A DNA stretch of 64,000 nucleotides from an uncultured Bacteroidales bacterium. Its GTDB lineage: Bacteria; Bacteroidota; Bacteroidia; Bacteroidales; ML635J-15. The position numbers and the translations under genes were made by a program. The stretch lies in assembly GCA_937982115.1 (NCBI GenBank), contig CALJNE010000002.1:3612-67611 (forward strand), in the 5' to 3' direction. The notes beneath the pieces were generated by a model, which saw nothing but the letters and a program-made list of their open reading frames with translations, did no database searches and was not told the DNA's origin. Of this stretch, positions 1-8,303 are shown piece by piece. Position 1 is the stretch's first letter; every line of letters starts with the position of its first letter.

Positions 1-228
1 TTAGTTAATTTCTTTGATGAATATGATAATGGATTTTTCAGAGAATACATCCAAAAAGGACAAATTGAATATGAATTTGTAGCTTTCGGAAAAACTTTTT
101 CAGCCGGAAAGGTAAGCGATGACCCAAATGACCCTCGAAATTCAATATACAGTCCGGCAGCTTCGCGTGAACGACGCATAGAAATTATTGCTGTTTCTTT
201 TGAAAAAGTTGAACAAAACGAGGACTAA
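1..228 (+). CDS. OmpA-family protein, C-terminal fragment (N-terminus upstream of window)
   Basis: Frame 1 is open from nt 1 to TAA 226-228. The tail ...SPAASRERRIEIIAVSFEK resembles the NRR(V/I)E(I/F) end of OmpA/MotB peptidoglycan-binding domains. Confidence 0.5.
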   Translation, partial: LVNFFDEYDNGFFREYIQKGQIEYEFVAFGKTFSAGKVSDDPNDPRNSIYSPAASRERRIEIIAVSFEKVEQNED

Positions 229-232
229 TTTG

Positions 233-240
233 TATCTTTG
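233..240 (+). promoter_or_regulatory. Bacteroidota-type -7 box (TAtcTTTG)
   Basis: TAnnTTTG match 26 nt upstream of ATG 266. Confidence 0.4.
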
Positions 241-265
241 TTCGATTGTTTTTTATTTTTTTGAA

Positions 266-1453
266 ATGGAAAAATTTAATTGGTTTCTCATTGTACAGGA
301 AACACTTATGATTACCAGCTTTGTTATTGTTGTAATGCTGGCAATAGAATTTATAAATGTAGTTTCAGGGGGTTTTCTAAATAAAAAACTTAAATCAAGA
401 CCTCTAACACAGCTAATCACAGCTGTAATACTCGGAGCTCTCCCCGGATGTATGGGAACATTTACTGCTGTTTCTCTTTATACACACCGACTTTTGAGTT
501 TTGGATCCATTGTTGCTGTGATGATTGCTACTTCAGGCGATGAAGCTTATTTTATGCTGGCTCTTATGCCCGAGAAAGCTATTTTTATTTTTCTGATATT
601 AGCTGTGATTGCTTTCCTTACAGGTTGGCTTATTGACAGATTTATTAAGACTCCAAATTTTACCGAGATTAAAGAATTTTCCTTTGATGTTCACGAAAAT
701 GATTGTATAAATACACATAAAAACTTTTCTTTAAAAAACTTTAATTTCAATCCAAAAAGAGTAATTATTTCAATAATTTTTATATCTTTTGCTATATTTT
801 CAGCTTTAGGAATTATTGGACATTCTCACAGCGAAACACTTGTGTTTTCATTGCCGGATAAGTATGGTGATAAAGTTAAAATAGAAAATGTCCTAAATTC
901 TGAAAATCATTTTCACAGCGAGGATTGTGAGCATCACGACCACACGAACGAGCATTCGCACAAAAACAGTATTCATAATCACAATAATAAAATAGACTGG
1001 GTTAAAATTACCATTTTAATTAGCTGTATTTTTGCTTTAATCATTGTCCTATTCACAAATGAACATTTTATTGAAACACATGTATGGAAACATTTGATAG
1101 TTAAGCATTTACCTAAAATTATTTTCTGGATATTCCTTACTTTTATTTTAATATCATTTATTCTTAATTATACTGTGATTGGAACATGGATATATAAAAA
1201 TCCCGTTTTTGTTCTATTGATAGCTTTGGCATTGGGAATTATTCCACAATCAGGTCCACACTTGGTATTCTTGATAATGTATTTTCAAGGACTGGTTCCT
1301 TTCAGTATTTTGCTTGCAAGTAGTGCAGTTCAGGATGGTCATGGTTCATTGCCGTTATTGGCAGAATCTAAAAAAAGTTTTGTGTATGTTAAATTTTTTA
1401 ATATTTTAGTAGGAATTTTGATTGGAGCTGCCGGATTAATTTTTAAATTTTAA
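266..1453 (+). CDS. Multi-pass membrane protein, putative metal transporter (DUF2899/ArsP_2-like) with His-rich loop
   Basis: ORF 188..1453, trimmed to the first ATG (266) because the TTG at 188 overlaps the upstream CDS. About 10 hydrophobic segments, GALPGCMG and PQSGPHLVF motifs, and a central loop HFHSEDCEHHDHTNEHSHKNSIHNHNN. Confidence 0.5.
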   Translation: MEKFNWFLIVQETLMITSFVIVVMLAIEFINVVSGGFLNKKLKSRPLTQLITAVILGALPGCMGTFTAVSLYTHRLLSFGSIVAVMIATSGDEAYFMLALMPEKAIFIFLILAVIAFLTGWLIDRFIKTPNFTEIKEFSFDVHENDCINTHKNFSLKNFNFNPKRVIISIIFISFAIFSALGIIGHSHSETLVFSLPDKYGDKVKIENVLNSENHFHSEDCEHHDHTNEHSHKNSIHNHNNKIDWVKITILISCIFALIIVLFTNEHFIETHVWKHLIVKHLPKIIFWIFLTFILISFILNYTVIGTWIYKNPVFVLLIALALGIIPQSGPHLVFLIMYFQGLVPFSILLASSAVQDGHGSLPLLAESKKSFVYVKFFNILVGILIGAAGLIFKF

Positions 1454-1476
1454 TTTATAACTTTGAAATTAACATT

Positions 1477-1917
1477 ATGAAACCGGGAGAATTTACTTTT
1501 GCAATGGTTAAGCCTACAGCTGTAAAGTTAGGCAGATTAGTTCCTATTTTAAATGAAATTGATTTGGCGGGTTTTAGAGTTATTGCCATGAAAATGACAA
1601 GACTTTCAAAGTCTCAAGCCGAAAGATTTTATGCAGTACATAAAGACAGACCATTTTATCAAGGACTCGTAGAATTTATGTCAAGCGGACCTGTGGTAGC
1701 TATGGTACTTCAAAAAGAAAATGCTGTTCAGGAATTTCGTAAACTAATAGGAAATACAAACCCTGAATTAGCCGAAGAAGGTACTATTCGTAAAAAATTT
1801 GCTCTTTCGGTTCAGGAAAATGCAATTCATGGCTCTGACTCCGATGATAATGCTTGCATAGAGGCTAATTTCTTCTTCAGCCAATTCGAGATTTTCCCGA
1901 TAGACGAACAATATTAA
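1477..1917 (+). CDS. ndk: Nucleoside diphosphate kinase
   Basis: FAMVKP...RPFY...SGPVVAMVL...NAIHGSDS motifs and typical ~146 aa length. Confidence 0.95.
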   Translation: MKPGEFTFAMVKPTAVKLGRLVPILNEIDLAGFRVIAMKMTRLSKSQAERFYAVHKDRPFYQGLVEFMSSGPVVAMVLQKENAVQEFRKLIGNTNPELAEEGTIRKKFALSVQENAIHGSDSDDNACIEANFFFSQFEIFPIDEQY

Positions 1918-1953
1918 ACAAGTTTCACAAAACTCTTATTGTTTGTTGATAAT

Positions 1954-1990
1954 TTAATCTTCTAAGAAGGTTAAATAAAGTTTTTATTGT
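1954..1990 (+). terminator. Possible intrinsic terminator after ndk
   Basis: Hairpin TTAATCTTC-taa-GAAGGTTAA followed by ATAAAGTTTTTATT. Short loop and interrupted T-run. Confidence 0.3.
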
Positions 1991-1998
1991 TATTTTTG
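1991..1998 (+). promoter_or_regulatory. -7 box TAttTTTG for pyrK-pyrD
   Basis: TATTTTTGCA 19 nt upstream of ATG 2017. Confidence 0.5.
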
Positions 1999-2016
1999 CA
2001 CAAATTTTATTTATAT

Positions 2017-2787
2017 ATGAAAAAATTTATCCATGATTTTGAAGTTTTATACAATCTAAGGCTTAATAATCAGTATTTTTTATTAAAACTTTTTAACGAA
2101 GAACCTTTACCTCCAATTTTACCGGCTCAATTTGTTCAAGTAAAAATTGAAGATTCTCCCCAAACCTTCTTGAGAAGACCTATCAGCATCCACGATGTAA
2201 ATTACGAAAAAAACACTATCAGCCTCTTGATAAGAATTGCAGGAAAAGGAACAGCAAAACTTTCTGAAATAAAAGCCGGAGAAAAACTTAATCTGGTTTA
2301 TCCGCTCGGAAATTCATTTACTATGCCTTTAGATGATAGTATTTTACTTGTTGGAGGAGGATGTGGAGTTGCTCCGTTGCTTTATACCGCTAAATATTTC
2401 ATGCAATTTGGTTTTAATCCCACTTTACTGCTTGGATATAGAGATAAAAATTCTATTTTACGTAAAGAACGTTTTGAAAAATATGGAAATGTTTTTTATA
2501 CCACTGATGACGGAAGTTATGGAGAAAAAGGAACTGTATTAGAACATTCAATTTTTAACTCAGAGCATTTTCCTTATAAAAATATTTATGCGTGTGGACC
2601 TACAGTTATGTTGAAAAACCTTACTATTAAAGCTAAAGAACTAAATGTGCCTCTGGAAGTGTCGCTAGAAAATCTTATGGCTTGTGGAATAGGTGCTTGT
2701 CTGTGCTGTGTTCAAAATACAACTGGAGGTCATAAATGTGTTTGTGTTGATGGTCCGGTTTTAAAAGCAAATGAAATAATATGGTAA
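2017..2787 (+). CDS. pyrK: Dihydroorotate dehydrogenase (class 1B) electron-transfer subunit
   Basis: FAD/NAD-binding fold ([15 protein letters not shown]) and a C-terminal Cys cluster CGIGACLCC...C for 2Fe-2S. Overlaps pyrD by 7 nt. Start moved to the ATG giving MKKFIHDF. Confidence 0.85.
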   Translation: MKKFIHDFEVLYNLRLNNQYFLLKLFNEEPLPPILPAQFVQVKIEDSPQTFLRRPISIHDVNYEKNTISLLIRIAGKGTAKLSEIKAGEKLNLVYPLGNSFTMPLDDSILLVGGGCGVAPLLYTAKYFMQFGFNPTLLLGYRDKNSILRKERFEKYGNVFYTTDDGSYGEKGTVLEHSIFNSEHFPYKNIYACGPTVMLKNLTIKAKELNVPLEVSLENLMACGIGACLCCVQNTTGGHKCVCVDGPVLKANEIIW

Positions 2788-3692
2788 ATTTTGAAATAAA
2801 TTTTAATGGATTAAAATTAAAAAATCCTATCTTAACAGCCTCAGGAACATTTGGTTATGGATATGAATTTGAAGATTTTGTTAATCTGAATGATTTAGGA
2901 GGATTCATCGTTAAAGGAACAACTCGTCATCATCGTGAAGGAAATCCATATCCAAGAATGGCTGAAACCCCCTCTGGAATGCTTAATGCCGTAGGATTAC
3001 AAAATAAAGGTGTAGAATATTTCTGCAAGAATATCTACCCAAAAATCAAGAACTATAAAACCAATGTAATTGTTAATGTGAGTGGGTCAATTGTTGATGA
3101 TTATGTTGAGACCGCTGAAATGATTAACGAACTTGATAATATTCATGCCATAGAGCTGAATATTTCTTGCCCAAATATAAAGGAAGGTGGAATGGCTTTC
3201 GGAACAAGTTGTTCATCCGCAGCTCAGGTTGTTAAAGAAGTTCGTAAAGTTTATAAAAAACATTTGATGGTTAAACTGTCTCCTAACGTTACCGATATAG
3301 TTTCTATAGCTAAATCAGTTGAAGCAGAAGGTGCGGACTCATTATCGCTGGTAAATACATTCTTAGGAATGGCCATAGATATTAAAACACGAAAACCAAA
3401 ACTCTCTACAATAACGGGAGGACTCTCAGGACCGGCAATTAAACCTATCGCTGTAAGAATGGTTTGGCAGGTTAGTAAAGCCGTCCATATTCCTGTTTGC
3501 GGATTAGGTGGTATTATGAACTACGAAGATGTAATCGAATTTATGCTAGCCGGAGCCTCTTGTGTCCAAATCGGAACTGCCAATTTCATAAATCCCGACA
3601 TCACCATGAAAATAATACATGATTTAAAAGTATTCTGCAACCAAAACAATATTAAAGATATTAACGAATTAATTGGCGCCTTGAATTGTTAA
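2781..3692 (+). CDS. pyrD: Dihydroorotate dehydrogenase, catalytic subunit (class 1B)
   Basis: [35 protein letters not shown] and [12 protein letters not shown] motifs. Confidence 0.9.
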   Translation: MVNFEINFNGLKLKNPILTASGTFGYGYEFEDFVNLNDLGGFIVKGTTRHHREGNPYPRMAETPSGMLNAVGLQNKGVEYFCKNIYPKIKNYKTNVIVNVSGSIVDDYVETAEMINELDNIHAIELNISCPNIKEGGMAFGTSCSSAAQVVKEVRKVYKKHLMVKLSPNVTDIVSIAKSVEAEGADSLSLVNTFLGMAIDIKTRKPKLSTITGGLSGPAIKPIAVRMVWQVSKAVHIPVCGLGGIMNYEDVIEFMLAGASCVQIGTANFINPDITMKIIHDLKVFCNQNNIKDINELIGALNC

Positions 3693-3797
3693 TGTTTTAA
3701 TTATTATAATACAAATACTTTAGAGAAATTACTTAAAGTAAAATGTAAATTAAACATTTTTTAATTTTGTCTGTTAAACTTAATTAAATGCATTTTT

Positions 3798-5312
3798 ATG
3801 AAGAAAACAATTTTAATGATATTAGACGGTTGGGGTATTGGAAACGGCTCCGAAGCAGATTTAATAACACAAGCCAACACACCAAATTACGATAATTTCC
3901 GAAAAATATATCCAAATTCATATTTGTTAACTTCAGGAGAAAATGTAGGTTTACCTGATGGACAAATGGGAAATTCAGAAGTTGGACATTTAAACATTGG
4001 TGCCGGAAGGATTGTTTATCAAGACCTTGTTAAAATAAATAAAGAAATCGAATCCGGAAAATTTTTCAATAATCCTGTTCTTGTTTCTGCATTAAAATAT
4101 GCTAAAGAAAACAATAAACAAGTTCATCTCTTAGGACTGGTAAGCGACGGAGGCGTTCATTCCAGCGACGAACATTTAATAGCGTTGATTAAACTTTCAG
4201 ATAGTTTAGGACTAAAAAAAACATTTATCCATGCCCTCACTGATGGTCGAGATACTGACCCACATAGTGGAATTGGTTATCTAAAAAAGATTAACAATGT
4301 TTTACAAAATTCTTCCGTTAAATTAGCAAGTCTTATTGGTCGTTACTACACAATGGACAGAGATAAACGATGGGAAAGAATCAAAGTAGGATACGACTTG
4401 ATGATTTTAGGAAAAGGAAAAAAATCTCGTGATATTATTCAATCTATTCAAGATTCTTACAACGAAGGCATCACCGATGAATTCATTAAACCTATTGTTA
4501 TGGTTGATGAAAATGAAAATCCTGTAACAACAATTCAACAAGGCGATGTAGTTTTATGCTTTAATTTCCGAACAGACAGACTCAGACAAATTACTACTGC
4601 ACTTACTCAAAAAGATTTTCCTGAATTTGAAATGCATACAATCCCTCTTTATTATGTTACAATGACCCGCTATGATGAAAATTTCAAAAACATTCACGTA
4701 GTTTATGAAAAAGACAACTTAAACAACACAATAGGAGAGGTCATTTCAAGTACAGGTTTAAAACAATTAAGAATTGCCGAAACAGAAAAATATGCTCACG
4801 TAACATTCTTTTTCAGTGGTGGCAGAGAAGAAGTTTTCGAAAATGAATCCAGAATTTTAATTCCTTCTCCTAAAGTCGCAACTTACGACCTTAAACCTGA
4901 TATGAGTGCAATCGATGTAAAAGATGCTCTTGTAGCCGAAATTAACAAAAACATTCATGATTTTATTGTTGTAAACTTTGCAAATGGAGATATGGTAGGA
5001 CATACCGGAGTTAAAGAAGCAATTATCAAAGCTGCGGAAACCGTTGATTACTGTATTGGTGAAGTTGTACAAAATGCCATTAAAAACGATTATTCCGTAA
5101 TGATAATTGCAGACCACGGAAATGCCGACAATGCAATAAACCCCGATGGTTCTCCTAATACTGCACATTCCTTAAATCCCGTTCCTTGTATTTTAATAAA
5201 CACAAAATACAACAAAATCAATAATGGAATACTTGCCGACGTAGCTCCCACACTTTTAAAAATAATGGAAATTAAAATTCCTTCAGAAATGACAGGTAAA
5301 ATTCTGGTGTGA
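3798..5312 (+). CDS. gpmI: 2,3-bisphosphoglycerate-independent phosphoglycerate mutase
   Basis: ILDGWG, MGNSEVGHLNIGAGR, SDGGVHS, DGRDT and ADHGNA motifs; 504 aa. Confidence 0.95.
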   Translation: MKKTILMILDGWGIGNGSEADLITQANTPNYDNFRKIYPNSYLLTSGENVGLPDGQMGNSEVGHLNIGAGRIVYQDLVKINKEIESGKFFNNPVLVSALKYAKENNKQVHLLGLVSDGGVHSSDEHLIALIKLSDSLGLKKTFIHALTDGRDTDPHSGIGYLKKINNVLQNSSVKLASLIGRYYTMDRDKRWERIKVGYDLMILGKGKKSRDIIQSIQDSYNEGITDEFIKPIVMVDENENPVTTIQQGDVVLCFNFRTDRLRQITTALTQKDFPEFEMHTIPLYYVTMTRYDENFKNIHVVYEKDNLNNTIGEVISSTGLKQLRIAETEKYAHVTFFFSGGREEVFENESRILIPSPKVATYDLKPDMSAIDVKDALVAEINKNIHDFIVVNFANGDMVGHTGVKEAIIKAAETVDYCIGEVVQNAIKNDYSVMIIADHGNADNAINPDGSPNTAHSLNPVPCILINTKYNKINNGILADVAPTLLKIMEIKIPSEMTGKILV

Positions 5313-5411
5313 CAATTCCTGATAAATATTATTTTTTAAAAGAAATTTTTTATAGTTTCTAATTTCTTTAAACCTTGATTTTTCAAAATTCACAATCTCT
5401 GAAATCTCATA

Positions 5412-5998
5412 ACTCATTCACGGAAAATAAAAAAGCCCGCATTTTTACGGGCTTGCGGACTGGACAGCCTGTCCCGATTTATCGGGAGGACTCGAACCCG
5501 CAAAATCAAAAATTTTTGCTAAAGTTTTCATTAGATTACCTGAAATACCTTGTTGGTGCTTTGAAACTTGTTTTCCTGTAATTGCAAGTCGAGTAATTCC
5601 TAAACTCATTCCGGAAAATAAAAAAGCCCGCATTTTTGCAGGCTTGCGGACTGGACAGCCTGTCCCGATTTATCGGGAGGACTCGAACCCGCATAATCAA
5701 AAATTTTTGCTAAAGTTTTCATTAGATTACCTGAAATACTTTGTTGGTGCTTTGAAACTTGTTTTCCTGTAATTGCAAGTCGAGTAATTCCTTAACTCAT
5801 TCACGGAAAATAAAAAAGCCCGTATTTTTGCGGGCTTGCGGACTGGACAGCCTGTCCCGATTTATCGGGAGGACTCGAACCCGCAAAATCAAAAATTATT
5901 GGTAATTTAAACTTTGATTTTTTAAGTGTTTGAAAGCTATGCAATTGGCTAAGTCATTAATCCCGGAAAATAAAAAAGCCCGCATTTTTACGGGCTTG
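5412..5998 (-). repeat. Tandem array of three ~191-bp units (5412-5603, 5604-5794, 5795-~5897 truncated), each with a tRNA-Asp 3'-end-like module and a terminator hairpin
   Basis: Units A and B differ at 6 positions by eye. Unit C matches for its first ~103 nt. Each unit repeats GGAAAATAAAAAAGCCCG-N8-CGGGCTTGCGGACTGG, the sequence found at the 3' end of the real tRNA-Asp. Confidence 0.9.
5967..5996 (-). terminator. Intrinsic terminator directly after tRNA-Asp
   Basis: Minus strand reads GCCCG-taaaaatg-CGGGC followed by TTTTTTATTTT. Confidence 0.75.
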
Positions 5999-6072
5999 CG
6001 GACTGGACGGGACTCGAACCCGCGACCTCCGGCGTGACAGGCCGGCATTCTAACCAACTGAACTACCAATCC
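5999..6072 (-). tRNA. tRNA-Asp (anticodon GTC)
   Basis: The reverse complement GGATTGGTAGTTCAGTTGGTTAGAATGCCGGCCTGTCACGCCGGAGGTCGCGGGTTCGAGTCCCGTCCAGTCCG folds as a cloverleaf. Anticodon loop is CTGTCAC. No CCA is encoded. Confidence 0.95.
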
Positions 6073-6084
6073 TGAATTCGGCTG

Positions 6085-6092
6085 CAAATATA
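6085..6092 (-). promoter_or_regulatory. -7 box TAtaTTTG for tRNA-Asp
   Basis: Minus strand TATATTTGCAGCC ends 12 nt before tRNA position 1. The same TTTGCAG context precedes the other two tRNAs. Confidence 0.6.
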
Positions 6093-6359
6093 TACTCTTT
6101 TTTTTAATACTCCAAAAAAAAATGAAAAAATTTTCATCTTTTTTTATCCGGTTTTAATAATTACCTAATAATCAACAATTTATTAAAAATCATTCTTTAC
6201 AATATTGCTTTAGTAACAAAATTATGCATTTGTTTTTTATAGTACAAAAATCACTATTTATGACTTGTTAAATTTAAATAGGTATTATAATAAACATTTA
6301 ACAAAACATATAGAATATTTTTCTGTTATTTTGTCAAGTAATTTATAAATAATTTTACA

Positions 6360-7997
6360 ATGTCATTTCAAAAATTAACTATTCCGGAAATATTAAAAAA
6401 TTCATTTACAAAATTTTCGGATAATCATTTTCTCGGATTTAGTGATGAAAACTCATTTACATACAAAGAAGTTAAAGAAAAAATTGAGATTGTTATTGCA
6501 AATTTGAAAAAAATTGGAATAACAAAATCAGATAAAGTTGCCATTTTTTCCAACAACATGACCAATTGGGGGATTGTTTATTTTGCAACAACCTCAATAG
6601 GTGCTGTTGCGGTACCCATACTGCCGGATTTTGGCACAGAAGAGCTCAATAACATACTCCAACATAGCGAAGCCAAAGTGCTTTTTGTTGCAGGGATTCT
6701 TGAAGACAAAATTCAAAATATTGATAAACAAAATTTAAAGGCAATAGTAAGAACAAACGATCTAAAAACTCTTTATCCCGAAAATTTGGAATTTGATTTT
6801 TCTATTAAGTCAAACTTCGAAGAATCAATAAATGCTGATGAAAACGATTTAGCCTCAATAATCTATACTTCGGGAACAACAGGTAAATCAAAAGGAGTGA
6901 TGCTTTCGCATAAAAACATTTGCTTTAATGCTGTGGAATGCGGTAAAGTGCAACCAATTAGAGAAGATGATATTTTCCTGTCAATCTTACCGTTATCTCA
7001 TGCTTATGAAAATACATTAGGATTGATTTTACCAATGATGAATGGTGCTCAGGTGAAATATTTGCGAAAACTCCCGACTCCGGCAATACTCGTGCCAGCC
7101 TTGCAGACTGTACGTCCGACAATTATGTTATCAGTACCTTTAATAATCGAAAAAATTTACAAGTCAAAAATTATTCCTGCTTTTAACTCAAAGAAATTAA
7201 TAAAAACTCTTTATAAAATACCAATTTTCAGGAAATGGTTCAATGAAGCTGCAGGGAGAAAACTGATGAAAACATTTGGCGGAAAAATAAGATTCTTTGG
7301 AATAGGTGGAGCAAAATTAGATCCTGTTGTGGAAAAGTTTTTAATAGAGGCAAAATTTCCTTATGCTATCGGATATGGATTAACAGAAACTTCTCCGCTT
7401 ATTGCAGGGGTAAATCCAAAAACCGTGAGATTACAATCTACAGGTCCGAAAATTGAAGGAACAGAGCTTAAACTGATGGATGTTAATCCTAAATCAGGAG
7501 AGGGTGAAATCTGGGTTAGAGGCGAAAGTGTTATGAAAGGTTACTATAAAGACGAAGCTCTAACTTCTGAAGTTCTTACAGAGGACGGCTGGTTCAAAAC
7601 AGGAGACTTAGCTGTTATGGATAAAGACGGATATGTTTTTATTAAAGGTCGAAAAAAGAATGTTATTATTGGAGCAAGTGGAGAAAATATTTATCCGGAA
7701 GATATCGAATCAATTATAAATAATTTTGACTTTGTACTTGAATCCATAGTTGTTGAAGAAAAAGGAAGACTTGTTGCCTTAGTACATCTTAATATGGAAG
7801 AAATGGAGAAAAAGTACAAAAATTTTAAAAACGAGATGGAAGTTAAACTCGAAGAATATAAAACAGAACTCCTTAATTACATAAATACAAAAGTCAACAA
7901 ATTCTCAAACGTAAAGAAAATCAACATTCAAAAAGAACCTTTCGAAAAAACTCCTACACAAAAAATTAAACGATATAAATACAAGTCGGATAGTTAG
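6360..7997 (+). CDS. AMP-dependent acyl-CoA synthetase (long-chain fatty acid--CoA ligase-like)
   Basis: AMP-binding signature IIYTSGTTGKSKGVMLSHKN, plus GYGLTETS and TGDLAVMDKDGYVFIKGRKK. Confidence 0.85.
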   Translation: MSFQKLTIPEILKNSFTKFSDNHFLGFSDENSFTYKEVKEKIEIVIANLKKIGITKSDKVAIFSNNMTNWGIVYFATTSIGAVAVPILPDFGTEELNNILQHSEAKVLFVAGILEDKIQNIDKQNLKAIVRTNDLKTLYPENLEFDFSIKSNFEESINADENDLASIIYTSGTTGKSKGVMLSHKNICFNAVECGKVQPIREDDIFLSILPLSHAYENTLGLILPMMNGAQVKYLRKLPTPAILVPALQTVRPTIMLSVPLIIEKIYKSKIIPAFNSKKLIKTLYKIPIFRKWFNEAAGRKLMKTFGGKIRFFGIGGAKLDPVVEKFLIEAKFPYAIGYGLTETSPLIAGVNPKTVRLQSTGPKIEGTELKLMDVNPKSGEGEIWVRGESVMKGYYKDEALTSEVLTEDGWFKTGDLAVMDKDGYVFIKGRKKNVIIGASGENIYPEDIESIINNFDFVLESIVVEEKGRLVALVHLNMEEMEKKYKNFKNEMEVKLEEYKTELLNYINTKVNKFSNVKKINIQKEPFEKTPTQKIKRYKYKSDS

Positions 7998-8066
7998 TTA
8001 GTCAGTTAGTTAGTTAGTTAGTCAGTTAGTTAGTTAGTTAGTCAGTTGGTTGATTATTTGGTCAGT
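7992..8066 (+). repeat. Tetranucleotide-based array (AGTTAGTTAGTTAGTC)n that includes the stop codon of the acyl-CoA synthetase gene
   Basis: Reads directly as tagttagttagtcagttagttagttagttagtcagttagttagttagttagtcagttggttg..., decaying into a G/T-rich tail. Confidence 0.9.
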
Positions 8067-8273
8067 TGTGTGGTTGGGTTGAAAGTGGTAGATGGGATGT
8101 TAAATTATAAGTTTCGAGTCTTTTCAAAAAAGTCAATTCTCCTAAATGAATAACTTACTCAATTTTCAATAAGTATAATATTAATATTCACTAAAAATTG
8201 CTTTTTCAGTATATCTATTTTTGGGTGTTAATAAAAAGTAATTTTTACTTTTGTTTTTCAAAATAAGTTTGGA

Positions 8274-8281
8274 TATTTTTG
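8274..8281 (+). promoter_or_regulatory. -7 box TAttTTTG for hutI
   Basis: TAnnTTTG 23 nt upstream of ATG 8304. Confidence 0.45.
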
Positions 8282-8303
8282 TTTGAACCAAAAAGTAGTA
8301 AAA

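Noticed and set aside
188-265. TTG start at 188 for the transporter ORF, and similar upstream extensions in the track (1987, 8283, 24499, 26563, 28150, 29591, 33775, 38584, 45204, 51029)
   Set aside because: The extensions overlap upstream genes or promoter boxes and add non-conserved residues ahead of canonical N-termini or signal peptides. I used internal ATG starts preceded by TAnnTTTG boxes instead.
5412-5998. Whether the tandem repeats are a CRISPR array or a mobile-element insertion at tRNA-Asp
   Set aside because: The units are ~191 bp with no short repeat/unique spacer alternation, and there are no cas genes. There is no integrase, transposase or cargo between copies, so neither a CRISPR call nor an intact integrative element is supported.
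5375-6087. Track ORFs 5375..5581(+), 5445..5633(-) and 5896..6087(-) inside the tRNA-Asp repeat region
   Set aside because: They run through the tRNA gene, terminator hairpins and tandem repeats. Their translations are low-complexity read-throughs of RNA structure (for example the tRNA body translated as GGRGFESRP). They are not coding.
7992-8066. Telomere-like or engineered triple-frame stop linker interpretation of the TTAG repeats
   Set aside because: The context is a circular-type bacterial gene neighbourhood. The arrays are long, degenerate and duplicated at a second locus, which is consistent with natural microsatellite-like sequence rather than a cloning linker or telomere.
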